A DNA stretch of 64,000 nucleotides from a virus (taxonomy: Duplodnaviria; Caudoviricetes): IMG/VR virus record IMGVR_UViG_3300028805_000088, positions 25,029 to 89,028 of that record, one strand, 5' to 3'. The first letter of the stretch is position 1. Each line of letters starts with the position of its first letter. Shown piece after piece: positions 19,376 through 28,924 of the stretch. The position numbers and the translations under genes were made by a program. The notes beneath the pieces were generated by a model. The model made no database searches. It saw only the letters and a list, made by a program, of their open reading frames with translations, and was not told where the DNA came from.

Positions 19376-19723
19376 ATGTATATAAACCATACAATTTTTA
19401 TGAAACATCCAAAAAATTTCTGGAAAGATAAAGAAAATATTATGACAGAAGCAAGAAAGTACAAAACAAAAGAAGAATTCCAAAAAGGGAATTTAAGTGC
19501 CTTTCTTGCTGCCTATAGATATGGGTACATAGATGAAATGACGTGGCTTGTGAAGCAGAAGCAGCACAAGAAACATCACTGGAACTATGAAAACATAAAA
19601 AATGAGGCAATTAAATACAATACAAAAACAGACTTCTTTAAAGGAAACCAAACAGCATATAGGGCTGCACTTAAATTGGGGATAATTGATGATTTCTTCT
19701 TGAATGATTATATACAATACTAA
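19376..19723 (+). CDS. protein made of two homing-endonuclease-type DNA-binding repeats, no nuclease domain
   Basis: two W..ENI..EA.KY.TK..F.KGN..A..AA...G.ID repeats; start moved to the ATG behind TATTTATA. Confidence 0.6.
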   Translation: MYINHTIFMKHPKNFWKDKENIMTEARKYKTKEEFQKGNLSAFLAAYRYGYIDEMTWLVKQKQHKKHHWNYENIKNEAIKYNTKTDFFKGNQTAYRAALKLGIIDDFFLNDYIQY

Positions 19724-19752
19724 AAAAGAGCGTTAACCATTAACGCTCTTTC
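19724..19752. terminator. bidirectional terminator
   Basis: AAAGAGCGTTAA/TTAACGCTCTTT. Confidence 0.85.
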
Positions 19753-20437
19753 TTTTATCGTTTATATTGGCAACTCTTTTCATCTGGCATTCATATATAT
19801 TGCCTTTTGAGTCTAAGAACTTAAATGTCTTGCCTAAACTAATCGTATTTATTTCGTTAGACCCATTACCTTCATTGATAATCTTATTCTTCAATGAAAC
19901 AGCATACTTTCTAACTATTTCCTCTACGATGGTTCTAATCATAGGATAGTCAACTTGTGCCGACATTTGTACTTGAGGCGCATATTGTGGCTGCTGATAG
20001 CCCATTCCCTCATTAACCAACTGTCTAACATCTTGTGACTGCATATTAACACGTTGTGGTTGACGTGGAGTAGGAATATCCTCAGTTAAGAATGCTAAAT
20101 CATCGTTACCACCTTGAGCACCGCCAAATGCTGAATAAAGGCTAGACTCATCAATTGGATTAGTAGAGAAAGATTCTCTAATTGCTGCTGGAACATTCAT
20201 GGCATTTTCTCCCATTTGTGCTCCAATCATAGGTGCTTCTGTTCTTCTGTTTCTTGATGTTGTCATCAATTGTTCTGTGATAATATCACCACCTTCTAGA
20301 GAACTGTTAACACCGTCTCTAACACCAGCGGCAATCTTATCCAAAGTGCCGTTTGATTCTAATTGTATGAGCTTTTTAGCCCTAGACATCGCATTCTGCA
20401 ATTTTGCTTGTTTATCTGCTGGATTTGCGTTTGCCAT
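19733..20437 (-). CDS. hypothetical protein
   Basis: 234 aa ORF in a tight minus-strand operon. Confidence 0.7.
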   Translation of the reverse strand: MANANPADKQAKLQNAMSRAKKLIQLESNGTLDKIAAGVRDGVNSSLEGGDIITEQLMTTSRNRRTEAPMIGAQMGENAMNVPAAIRESFSTNPIDESSLYSAFGGAQGGNDDLAFLTEDIPTPRQPQRVNMQSQDVRQLVNEGMGYQQPQYAPQVQMSAQVDYPMIRTIVEEIVRKYAVSLKNKIINEGNGSNEINTISLGKTFKFLDSKGNIYECQMKRVANINDKRKSVNG

Positions 20438-20438
20438 T

Positions 20439-21212
20439 TTATCTTCTGTTTTTATTCTTTATAAAATTATTTTCATTGAAATCAACATCGTTGACATCAT
20501 AAAAATTTTCATCATAACTGTTGTCAACTGGACCAGATTCTCCTTGTGGTGGCCTTGGGGCTTGATTCTGTGCATTTGCTTGTTGCAAGGCTCTTTCATA
20601 ATCATCCCAATATTCATCAGCCTTCTCACTTGTTTTATCAACATTCCTAGCAAATTGAGCATATCTTTCACTATTTGGCTGTGATGTAAATACATTTTTC
20701 TTCCATTGCTGGTTTGCTGATATTGGTCCTTGAGCATTTTTAGTCGAAACCTTTGGCGCATTTGCGGCTTGTTGTCTTTCGGCTCTTGCTCTCTCCAATG
20801 GGTCATTCATATTGCCAAACTTGGCGTTGTCAACAAAAGTACCCATGCTTCTATCACCAACTCTGTTATATTCTCCATATGCATCGTCAGGTGTTGTAAA
20901 GAATTTTTTATTTCTCATAGGTTTCCAAGATGTGACCCTATCAAGCCTGAAGAACTTCCACTTTGGTGCTCCCCTTCTTGAATTACCGCTAACTTGGAAT
21001 GCTCTAACTACTGGGTATCCTTTCTTTGTTGTGCCAATTGCCATTGGCTGAATTACACGACTTCCTTTGGGATTCCCACCATTGTCTTGCATACCATCAT
21101 CATAAGTTATTCGTACATGATATTTGCTACGAATGGCATCTAGAACCTCATCACTAGAAACATCTTCCTTCAGAAGACTTTTAATTATGTCGCATAATTT
21201 AAGACTTATCAT
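20439..21212 (-). CDS. WYL-like domain protein with disordered tail
   Basis: VRITYDDG...RVIQPMAIG...VRAFQ...WKFFRLDRV. Confidence 0.7.
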   Translation of the reverse strand: MISLKLCDIIKSLLKEDVSSDEVLDAIRSKYHVRITYDDGMQDNGGNPKGSRVIQPMAIGTTKKGYPVVRAFQVSGNSRRGAPKWKFFRLDRVTSWKPMRNKKFFTTPDDAYGEYNRVGDRSMGTFVDNAKFGNMNDPLERARAERQQAANAPKVSTKNAQGPISANQQWKKNVFTSQPNSERYAQFARNVDKTSEKADEYWDDYERALQQANAQNQAPRPPQGESGPVDNSYDENFYDVNDVDFNENNFIKNKNRR

Positions 21213-21214
21213 TG

Positions 21215-21547
21215 TTATTCCTTCTCGCTATATGGGTTGTATGTGACTGCCATATTCATTTCGTTAAGCTGACTTTGTGGAGTTTCCTTGATACCCTTGT
21301 AAAGATTGTTAAATCTTTCTTGGTATTGGTTATCGACAATCAGTTTTTTCAATGCTTCCAACTTAGCTTGATTTCTTTTATTTGAGAAGAAATCACGTGT
21401 CTCTTTCATTGCTTCCAATTGTTCTTCTTCGTTAAGTTCTTTCTTAACCTTCTTACCACCAAGGGTGTCAACTCTCTTGTCAACCAACTCCATACCTATT
21501 AGTATATTCTTGGCAAGGTCATTCAATCTTTTATTTTCGTAATTCAT
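21215..21547 (-). CDS. hypothetical protein
   Basis: 110 aa ORF; start codon embedded in the 3' end of the endonuclease gene. Confidence 0.6.
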   Translation of the reverse strand: MNYENKRLNDLAKNILIGMELVDKRVDTLGGKKVKKELNEEEQLEAMKETRDFFSNKRNQAKLEALKKLIVDNQYQERFNNLYKGIKETPQSQLNEMNMAVTYNPYSEKE

Positions 21548-22505
21548 ATTTTTCTATCTCGTTTAACAATTTATTACGGTCTTTAAATGTAACATTATCT
21601 TCGTCAACATTATCATAATGAGTAAAATATAATAGTTTTACGCCATTTTCCTCACAAAGTTGTTTTTTACGTTGGTCACGTTCTTTTATGACTTCATAGT
21701 TTTTGCATTTGGACTCATCACTTTTGTCACCGCTAAAACTAATTGGCTCATAATGTTGTATTCCTTGACATTCAATACCAACGTTATATTTTGGCAGATA
21801 AAAATCTAAACTTTGTAAACCAAGCCAAACTGGGTGATAATATTGTTCGTATTCAATTTTTTCTTTATCCAAAAAATCTGATATTTCTGTTTCTAAATGG
21901 CTTGCGTTACATTTAGGGCATCCTTGCTTCTGATGGATATGTTTCGCTGGAGTTTGCAAAAACTCCCCATGAATAGGGCAAACTATTTTAAATGGGATTA
22001 GCATGTCATGGTATTCACATTTATTGTAAATATATTTATCTCCATGAGCCGCTTTACACATTTCAATAACTTCGTTTAATGAATATCTAAGCGAGTTTCC
22101 CCTTCTTTCATCATAGCATTTTTGGCATCCATGACCCAATAAAAATTTCCTAGCGTTTATCACAAATTTGCCATGTTTATTACAAATTGGCGTTACGTCA
22201 CTTGTTGAATTTTTATAATTGATTTCAGATAAATCATATCTATCGCCATGAACTGATTTTATAATACTAATATACTCATCTTGTGTCCTCTTCACACCAC
22301 CATTACATTTTGAACAACCCCTACCCTTATTTATGTGAGAATGTGGCGTTTGTTGAAATTCTCCATGAATTTTACAAAATATTTTCATTGGAGTCCTTGC
22401 ATTTACATACGAGTTTTCATCATATATGTACTTATCGCCATGCACTTTTCTAGCATCGTTAACCATTTGTTCAAATGGCTTTGCTTGCATTTTACTCTTG
22501 TCCAT
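21531..22505 (-). mobile_element. free-standing putative homing endonuclease (HG-KY / CxxHG / GCxxC repeats plus C-terminal PD-(D/E)xK/Vsr-like domain)
   Basis: repeats of HGDKY...C.IHGEF.QTP..H....GC.KC; LDFYLPKYNVGIECQGIQH. Confidence 0.8.
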
Positions 22506-22614
22506 TGTCTCGTTTAATTTTTATTCTCGTTTGTTATTAAATAAAACGTGGAAAGTTAAAACGAGAAAAACCTTGTCAGCGGGTAGCTACTCCACACCTA
22601 TCCACATTATATTG

Positions 22615-22646
22615 CAAATATATAAAAAATCTGGTTAAAAGCCAAA
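22615..22646 (-). promoter_or_regulatory. Bacteroidota sigma-A promoter (endonuclease)
   Basis: TTTG-N20-TATATTTG on the minus strand. Confidence 0.75.
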
Positions 22647-22667
22647 TGCATTAAGGACAACCTTGCA

Positions 22668-23081
22668 TTAGTTTTTTTGCCCAACATAATACTGTCCATC
22701 GTTAATGTTTGCTTCTGTGTTGACCAAATTTGCGCCATACATATTCAAATGGCTATATATAGAACGAGCCATTTGGACTTTACGTCCTGGAATATCGCCC
22801 CTACCATCTATATCGTACTTACCGCCAATCTGCATTTCTGGGCTTGTATCAAAGTTAGAATAATCAATTGTTCCAGTAGGTTTATTACAGTCGGGAAGAT
22901 AATGCGTATGGCCTCCACTCCCGCTGCCTTTACCTTGGACATCGCCATCGCTCAATGCATCTTTATGGGTTGCTCCATATTGGTTTTCTATGTTATAATC
23001 ACTACGAGTAATCTCTTCGTGTCTTTCTTCCATACCCCTTTTCTCAAGGCATGTCTGACCGTTTTGAACTGTTGTTGCCAT
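22668..23081 (-). CDS. late hypothetical protein, paralogue of 23140..23649
   Basis: GQTCLE..GME.R motif; late motif at 23116..23123. Confidence 0.65.
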   Translation of the reverse strand: MATTVQNGQTCLEKRGMEERHEEITRSDYNIENQYGATHKDALSDGDVQGKGSGSGGHTHYLPDCNKPTGTIDYSNFDTSPEMQIGGKYDIDGRGDIPGRKVQMARSIYSHLNMYGANLVNTEANINDGQYYVGQKN

Positions 23082-23139
23082 ATTTCTCTATAAATTTTAA
23101 ATATTTTATTTTAATAATAAATAGTTATTTAGCTGTTTT

Positions 23140-23649
23140 TTAATTTGATTTACCATAAATACCATAAGTTCTATATGTGGTAAATGTTTGATTTCCAATC
23201 TTAGTTACAGTAAAATCACCAATATTTTCTTTTGGTTCTGCTGGTCTATCCTCTGGTATACCACCTTGCACGCTAGCAGCATTTTCAGCCTTTTCAGCGT
23301 CCTTTGCTGCTTTCTTAGCTTTTTTCTCCGCTTGTTTCTCTGCTTTTCTTGCGTCTCTCTCAGCTTTTGCCTCTGCTTGCTCTTTCAATTTATCCTCATA
23401 AGAAGAAACCTTAAACTCAGTTTGGATAAGATACTCAGCATCCACAAGTGTCTTGGTGTACTGCAAGTCTCTCTTCCACTCATTTCTTAAAAGATGGGTA
23501 TTCCTAGCTTCCATACCAAATCGCTCAAGACAAGTTTGACCTGTATACACACGGTTTGGGTCATTATGTGGTGCGGTTTTCTTAGTACCTAATACAGATT
23601 CAATCGCATCACCTATTTTATTTAATGTATTGTTTAACGTATTTGCCAT
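23140..23649 (-). CDS. hypothetical protein with AEK-rich helix
   Basis: GQTCLERFGMEAR motif shared with neighbour. Confidence 0.6.
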   Translation of the reverse strand: MANTLNNTLNKIGDAIESVLGTKKTAPHNDPNRVYTGQTCLERFGMEARNTHLLRNEWKRDLQYTKTLVDAEYLIQTEFKVSSYEDKLKEQAEAKAERDARKAEKQAEKKAKKAAKDAEKAENAASVQGGIPEDRPAEPKENIGDFTVTKIGNQTFTTYRTYGIYGKSN

Positions 23650-25084
23650 GTCTTAATTTAACGATTTGTTTTTCTGTTATGTAAACTTTTTTCTTTGATT
23701 TCTGAGCGTGTTCTGCAATTCTACTCAATGCACGACTACCTCCAGTAACAAATATTGAAGCCATATCGCCTCTCTGATGATAAACATCCAATGCCTTATT
23801 TACAATCACCAATACTTTCTCTGGTGGTAACTCTTCATCATACTCAGATAGAATTTTCTCCAATGGGTCGATACCAAAATCTGAAAATGCGTCACTTCCG
23901 TCAGGCATCATCATCCAATCATAAAATCCGATGAGGTCAAGGAAATTCATTTGGTCAACTACCCAATATAGTTTATTTGTATTATAGTCAACCTCTATTT
24001 CACCCTTATATCTAGAATTTTGATTGAACTCAGCAATGTATTCGCCTATATCGCCATACATCTGACTAAATTTATTTTTCTGTCTTTCAAGGTCTTGCTG
24101 CGCCACCATTCTATCTGCGTCACCTTGTGAAACCCAAGGAAAATATGTTTGTCCATATTTATCAACAGCCTCATTTAGCGAACTAAACTCATCGTTAGAC
24201 AATTTCAATATGTCTTTATGGAATACCTCAATTTTAACACTGTCTTTATCAATATTAATCTCTCTATTATTTCCGAAATAAGAAATAACAAAATCCTCAA
24301 AATCTTCAGTTGGAAACCATTGACTGTGACCAGCGATACTTGTGTTGGCTTTAAGAATTGCTGTATTCTTCATAATAATTCCCATCCATTGATAGACATA
24401 TCTAGTTGGGAAACTTGTGAGTCTTCCAAACCTAGTGAACTCCTTCAATGCTTTCGCATACATATCTGGGTTAATCAATACGCCCCAACTTTGTTTTCCC
24501 TTCGGATTAGATAGAAATTCATTGAAAACATATCTTGCATCATAGTCATTAAGATAATCATAATAAGGATGGTCTTCATCAAATCCTTCCTTAATTATCC
24601 TATTTTCAGCAGTAACGGTATATGTAATCTTACCACTTGGTGTTTTGATTGTTTCAGATTTTGTATCAGCTGGTTTCAAGTCTGCATTTGTGGTTGGTTT
24701 TGGCGGCTTAACAGCTTCTACCTCTTTAGTTCCCCTTGCACGTTCAATACCCTTTCTGTATATATTAGCAGCCAATTCTCCACCATTTAATTGATATTGA
24801 ATACTGTTCTTGGGCAGTTTATTCATTCTGTGCAATCTCACCTTTGCATCGTTAACATTAACAGAATCTTGTTTAATTTCTTTTCCATTTGTTTGTGCAT
24901 TTGCACCTTTTCTATTATATTTTTTATCACTGCCCAAAGACTTTAAGATTTTACTTCCAGGAATATTCTTATCCAAGTATGGTTCATAGATTTTCTTCAT
25001 TGCTTTGAACACATTCTTGGCATTCTGTGGAATTGGTATTTGTTTTTTAGTTACCTTTGCTGAGTCTTCAAATATAATAGCCAT
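23618..25084 (-). CDS. hypothetical protein, possible internal head protein
   Basis: 488 aa; IIKE|G and VYITEKQ motifs. Confidence 0.6.
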   Translation of the reverse strand: MAIIFEDSAKVTKKQIPIPQNAKNVFKAMKKIYEPYLDKNIPGSKILKSLGSDKKYNRKGANAQTNGKEIKQDSVNVNDAKVRLHRMNKLPKNSIQYQLNGGELAANIYRKGIERARGTKEVEAVKPPKPTTNADLKPADTKSETIKTPSGKITYTVTAENRIIKEGFDEDHPYYDYLNDYDARYVFNEFLSNPKGKQSWGVLINPDMYAKALKEFTRFGRLTSFPTRYVYQWMGIIMKNTAILKANTSIAGHSQWFPTEDFEDFVISYFGNNREINIDKDSVKIEVFHKDILKLSNDEFSSLNEAVDKYGQTYFPWVSQGDADRMVAQQDLERQKNKFSQMYGDIGEYIAEFNQNSRYKGEIEVDYNTNKLYWVVDQMNFLDLIGFYDWMMMPDGSDAFSDFGIDPLEKILSEYDEELPPEKVLVIVNKALDVYHQRGDMASIFVTGGSRALSRIAEHAQKSKKKVYITEKQIVKLRHGKYVKQYIK

Positions 25085-25089
25085 TTCGA

Positions 25090-25338
25090 TTAAATTGTAT
25101 TTGATGATTTTCTACCACCGACACTACCCCATTGCTGTGGAGTTTGTTGTCTTGAGAACTTATCGGTGTTAATTGGTTTAGACATCTTCTCTTCTCCATC
25201 TTGGTTTGTTACAACAGCTTGGTTTGTAACCTCAGAACCAAATCTAGAAGTTGTATCATTTCCATCTAAAAAGATTGAATCCCCAGCACTTTCGAATAGT
25301 CTGCCAAACTGTGATTCATTCAAATTTATTATTTTCAT
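25090..25338 (-). CDS. small late protein with INLNESQF tag
   Basis: MKIINLNESQFGRLFES; late motif at 25361..25368. Confidence 0.65.
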   Translation of the reverse strand: MKIINLNESQFGRLFESAGDSIFLDGNDTTSRFGSEVTNQAVVTNQDGEEKMSKPINTDKFSRQQTPQQWGSVGGRKSSNTI

Positions 25339-25360
25339 AATCTATCTGTTTTTATTATTA

Positions 25361-25374
25361 AATAAATATTTATA
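25361..25374. promoter_or_regulatory. back-to-back late promoters AATAAATATTTATA
   Basis: between divergent genes starting at 25338 and 25397. Confidence 0.65.
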
Positions 25375-25396
25375 ATTAGTAAAATAATGCGTTACA

Positions 25397-27364
25397 ATGG
25401 CAAATTTAAAGGTAAATAACTATCATAGATTGAGATTAAGGATTAATAAAGATGAATATTGGGATTTCTTTGTTAATAAAGACAGTTATGGGTATCATGG
25501 AAATAATGCCGATAACTGCTTAATTTCATACATAGACTTGGCACATGCTGATTGTGATGACAGTGGTTGGATTAAAAGTGAAAATGAGTATAGTTGGGAT
25601 GATGCATTGTCCATCGGCTATACATTATATAATATAACATATACTGGAGTTGATAACGGATTATTCACATTTAGAAAAGATAGAATAACAAACAAGGATT
25701 TCTTAGAGATATTTCAATCAAATAAATTGGAAATCACTGAAAATGACACAAGATTAAAGCTACATGCTGTTAGCGGTAATACATTACAATATGAATATCC
25801 ATTACATGCTGAAAACGGTTATGTTATGTTCAATGGAGGTTTCTATCAAGGGTTCTTTAAAACAGAGTGTGATAAATACCAAGTATTACCAACTAAATTC
25901 GATGATGGTGACACATATAACCTAGAGTTTACATTGAAAAAATGCGATTTAGAAGCTGAGTCAACAAATACACTTAACGATAAGTATCCAGATAATAAGG
26001 GTATTTTTTTCTATATCGGAACTAGAGCAGAGAATAAATGGATATATGTTTACGATAAAGAAGATATAGATAACTTGGAAAACTGCTATCAATTGGGTAT
26101 GGATGATTTCGTTGAAGATGGTGATATTGATAAGAAAGACCACATCATTGGTAATTTCTATGACCTTGACCCAGAATTCTATGAAGACCCACCACTAGAC
26201 ATAGAAGATTATACAAACTTCAATTACTACGATGAAGAACTATATGCTAAAGATTATTGTGATTGGGACGAAATGTTCGACTATGTTGAGGTACAGCCAG
26301 TAGAAAAGCCAAAAATTATTGATGAAAACGAAGACCATATCAATATGTCTTCTTGGTGCTGTAATATTCCAAAAGGTGAAGAAACCATACTTAGTCCATA
26401 CTTTGTTGGATGCGGATGCCCTGTTAAGTATAAAAAGAAAAAAGTAATACAAGAAGAGGAAGAGTTTCTAGATGGTAGTGCTGCATTTGGTGAAGGTGAT
26501 TATATAGGTGGTTGGGACGGTATGGGTGACTTGGAAGATTGCACAACATATGTTGAGACAGAGTTAAATATAACTGATTTCCAATATTATACAGATAATG
26601 GATTTAATCTTTCCGAAGCGCATTGGTACTATTTCTATACTGATAACAAGTATATGATGTTCGATAGGACAAAAAGTGGTAAAACAATTAAAAATTGGGT
26701 AGAAGGCACACAATATATGTATTGTGGAAGGAAGAGCAATTTCAAGGGAAATCTATTCATTTTAATGAACCGAACAAAAACAGGATATACCGTCAACACA
26801 ATTGACACTTTAAGAGATAAAGATGCTAACTATTATAATCCTTATAAGGATATATATAATAATGCATTGGCACTCAGGATTACAGATAAAGGAGAAATTG
26901 GATATAGACTATTAACTGTTGACTGTGATAAGGAAGAAAGAGATAAAATATTAATGGTTGAAGGCTATTCATTTGAGGGAGTTATTCCAGATTGTGAATG
27001 GGTAACAGTTAACATCAGAATGTCTTTCTTGAGTGGAGATAAAATGAAACTTATGTTTTATGTGAACGGTAAATTAAGATATGTTTCAAAAGAACTACCA
27101 AGAATAGAATTGAGGGCATTAAATGAGATATACGAAAAGCAAGAAGGCGTTCCTTATAATATATCAATAGGTGGTGGAACTCAAGGATTGGCTGAAACAA
27201 TACAGTATAACTATATGTTAAATCCTACTAGAGTTTATCCAATAGAAAAATATTTCGCAGGAACATTCATTGGCTATATGAGTTCATTTAAAATTTATAA
27301 CTGTTTCATGGAACAAATGACAATTGAAAATAACTTCATAAATGAAAGTAATAAACTGATATGA
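25397..27364 (+). CDS. large late protein, probably a virion component
   Basis: 655 aa, aromatic/beta-rich, preceded by TATTTATA. Confidence 0.55.
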   Translation: MANLKVNNYHRLRLRINKDEYWDFFVNKDSYGYHGNNADNCLISYIDLAHADCDDSGWIKSENEYSWDDALSIGYTLYNITYTGVDNGLFTFRKDRITNKDFLEIFQSNKLEITENDTRLKLHAVSGNTLQYEYPLHAENGYVMFNGGFYQGFFKTECDKYQVLPTKFDDGDTYNLEFTLKKCDLEAESTNTLNDKYPDNKGIFFYIGTRAENKWIYVYDKEDIDNLENCYQLGMDDFVEDGDIDKKDHIIGNFYDLDPEFYEDPPLDIEDYTNFNYYDEELYAKDYCDWDEMFDYVEVQPVEKPKIIDENEDHINMSSWCCNIPKGEETILSPYFVGCGCPVKYKKKKVIQEEEEFLDGSAAFGEGDYIGGWDGMGDLEDCTTYVETELNITDFQYYTDNGFNLSEAHWYYFYTDNKYMMFDRTKSGKTIKNWVEGTQYMYCGRKSNFKGNLFILMNRTKTGYTVNTIDTLRDKDANYYNPYKDIYNNALALRITDKGEIGYRLLTVDCDKEERDKILMVEGYSFEGVIPDCEWVTVNIRMSFLSGDKMKLMFYVNGKLRYVSKELPRIELRALNEIYEKQEGVPYNISIGGGTQGLAETIQYNYMLNPTRVYPIEKYFAGTFIGYMSSFKIYNCFMEQMTIENNFINESNKLI

Positions 27365-27582
27365 AAATATTATTGATAGTTTTATCATTACTATTGTTTA
27401 TTTCTTGTGGAACTATTGATACTATAACTATTGCAAATAAACAATTGTATTATGACGAAAAAGCTATAATAGCATATGAATTTTACAATGAATTATATAA
27501 AAACAATGCCATAAACACAAAACCAATTATTTTTAAAAGAGAGTGCCAAAAATTGGTGCTCTTTTTTTTATTTTACTATTGA
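27361..27582 (+). CDS. small putative lipoprotein
   Basis: MKILLIVLSLLLFISC lipobox-like signal; 3' end runs into a terminator. Confidence 0.45.
   Translation: MKILLIVLSLLLFISCGTIDTITIANKQLYYDEKAIIAYEFYNELYKNNAINTKPIIFKRECQKLVLFFLFYY
27535..27569 (+). terminator. intrinsic terminator
   Basis: AGAGTGCCA/TGGTGCTCT + T tract. Confidence 0.7.
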
Positions 27583-27608
27583 TAATATAAAATTTTTTTC
27601 TATATTTG
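27578..27608 (+). promoter_or_regulatory. host-type promoter (endonuclease/GT)
   Basis: ATTG-N19-TATATTTG. Confidence 0.65.
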
Positions 27609-27667
27609 TGATAGAACTGGCGTTGGTTTTAAATTTAATATATATTTATATATAAAATAACAATATT

Positions 27668-28924
27668 ATGAGTAGTGGAAAACGTTTAACAAATGAGGAA
27701 GCATTAGAAAAAATAAATGAAAAATGCTTAGAAAAAAACTATGCTTTTATTGGATTCAATAATAATGAAAATGTTTATAAAAATAATAAAACATATTTAA
27801 CATTAAAATGCAATAAATGTGGAAATATTTGGAGTACGACATCTTATGAAAAATTTATTTATGGAAACAGGGGTTGTCCAAATTGCTCACCAACCAAAAA
27901 AATAACTGAAGACAAATTAATAAAAAACATTGAAAAATTATGTAAAGAAAAGAATTTTACATTTTTAGGGTTTAACGGAAATTTTTGCGGCATTAATACA
28001 AAACTATTACTTAAATGTAACAAATGTGGGGAAGAATGGAAAACAACGTCATATAATAATTTAAAAAAAACAGATAGAAAAACACATACTTGTGGAAGAA
28101 AAAATCCGTCATCAATGCCAATTGTATATAATGAAGAAAAAATCATAAAAAACATTGAAAACAAATTAAAACACTCTTCACTAGAATTTGTGTCATTTGA
28201 TGAATTTGGATATATTGACACTAAAAAAACACATATATTATTAAAATGTAAAAAATGTGGTAAAACGAATGTTTATTCATTAAAATACTTATACCAAAAT
28301 ACATTTTCATGTAAAAGCTGCGAATCTAGAAACAAATTTTCAAACGAATATGCAATAGCCAAAATAATAGAAAAATGCAAAAAATTAAATTATACGTTTC
28401 TTGGATTTGATAACAATGAAAATAAATATGATGGTAAAAAAACATATTTAATATTAAAATGTAATAAATGTGGGCATATATGGAAAAGCACAACATTTGG
28501 TAGCTTTACACAAAACACCATTAAATGTTTAGGGTGTATAAATTCTTGGAAAATGGAAAAGGAAATTGAATCTTGTCTAAATGAACACTCTATAAACTAC
28601 ATCCACGATTGCAGGTGTCATATCCTACCTTGGTTAAAGCATAAAATATCTTTATCCCTAGATTTTTATCTGCCAGATTATAAAATTGCAATTGAATGTC
28701 AAGGAAGGCAACACTTTGAGCCAGTTTTAGATTTTGGTGGCGAAAAAAGTTTTAAAGAAACTATTGAAAGAGATAAGAAAAAACTTATTCTTTGTAAAGA
28801 AAATGGTATTAAATTGCTATATTATGATAGTGAACATAACCATACAGAATTTTTAGGGGAGAAAGTATATAACAACGAAAATAATATTATAAAAGAAATA
28901 ACTAGTTATGAGCAAAAAAATTAA
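27668..28924 (+). mobile_element. free-standing putative homing endonuclease (LKC.KCG..W repeats plus PD-(D/E)xK-like domain)
   Basis: four F.GF...LKC.KCG repeats; LDFYLPDYKIAIECQGRQH; markedly AT-rich. Confidence 0.8.
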
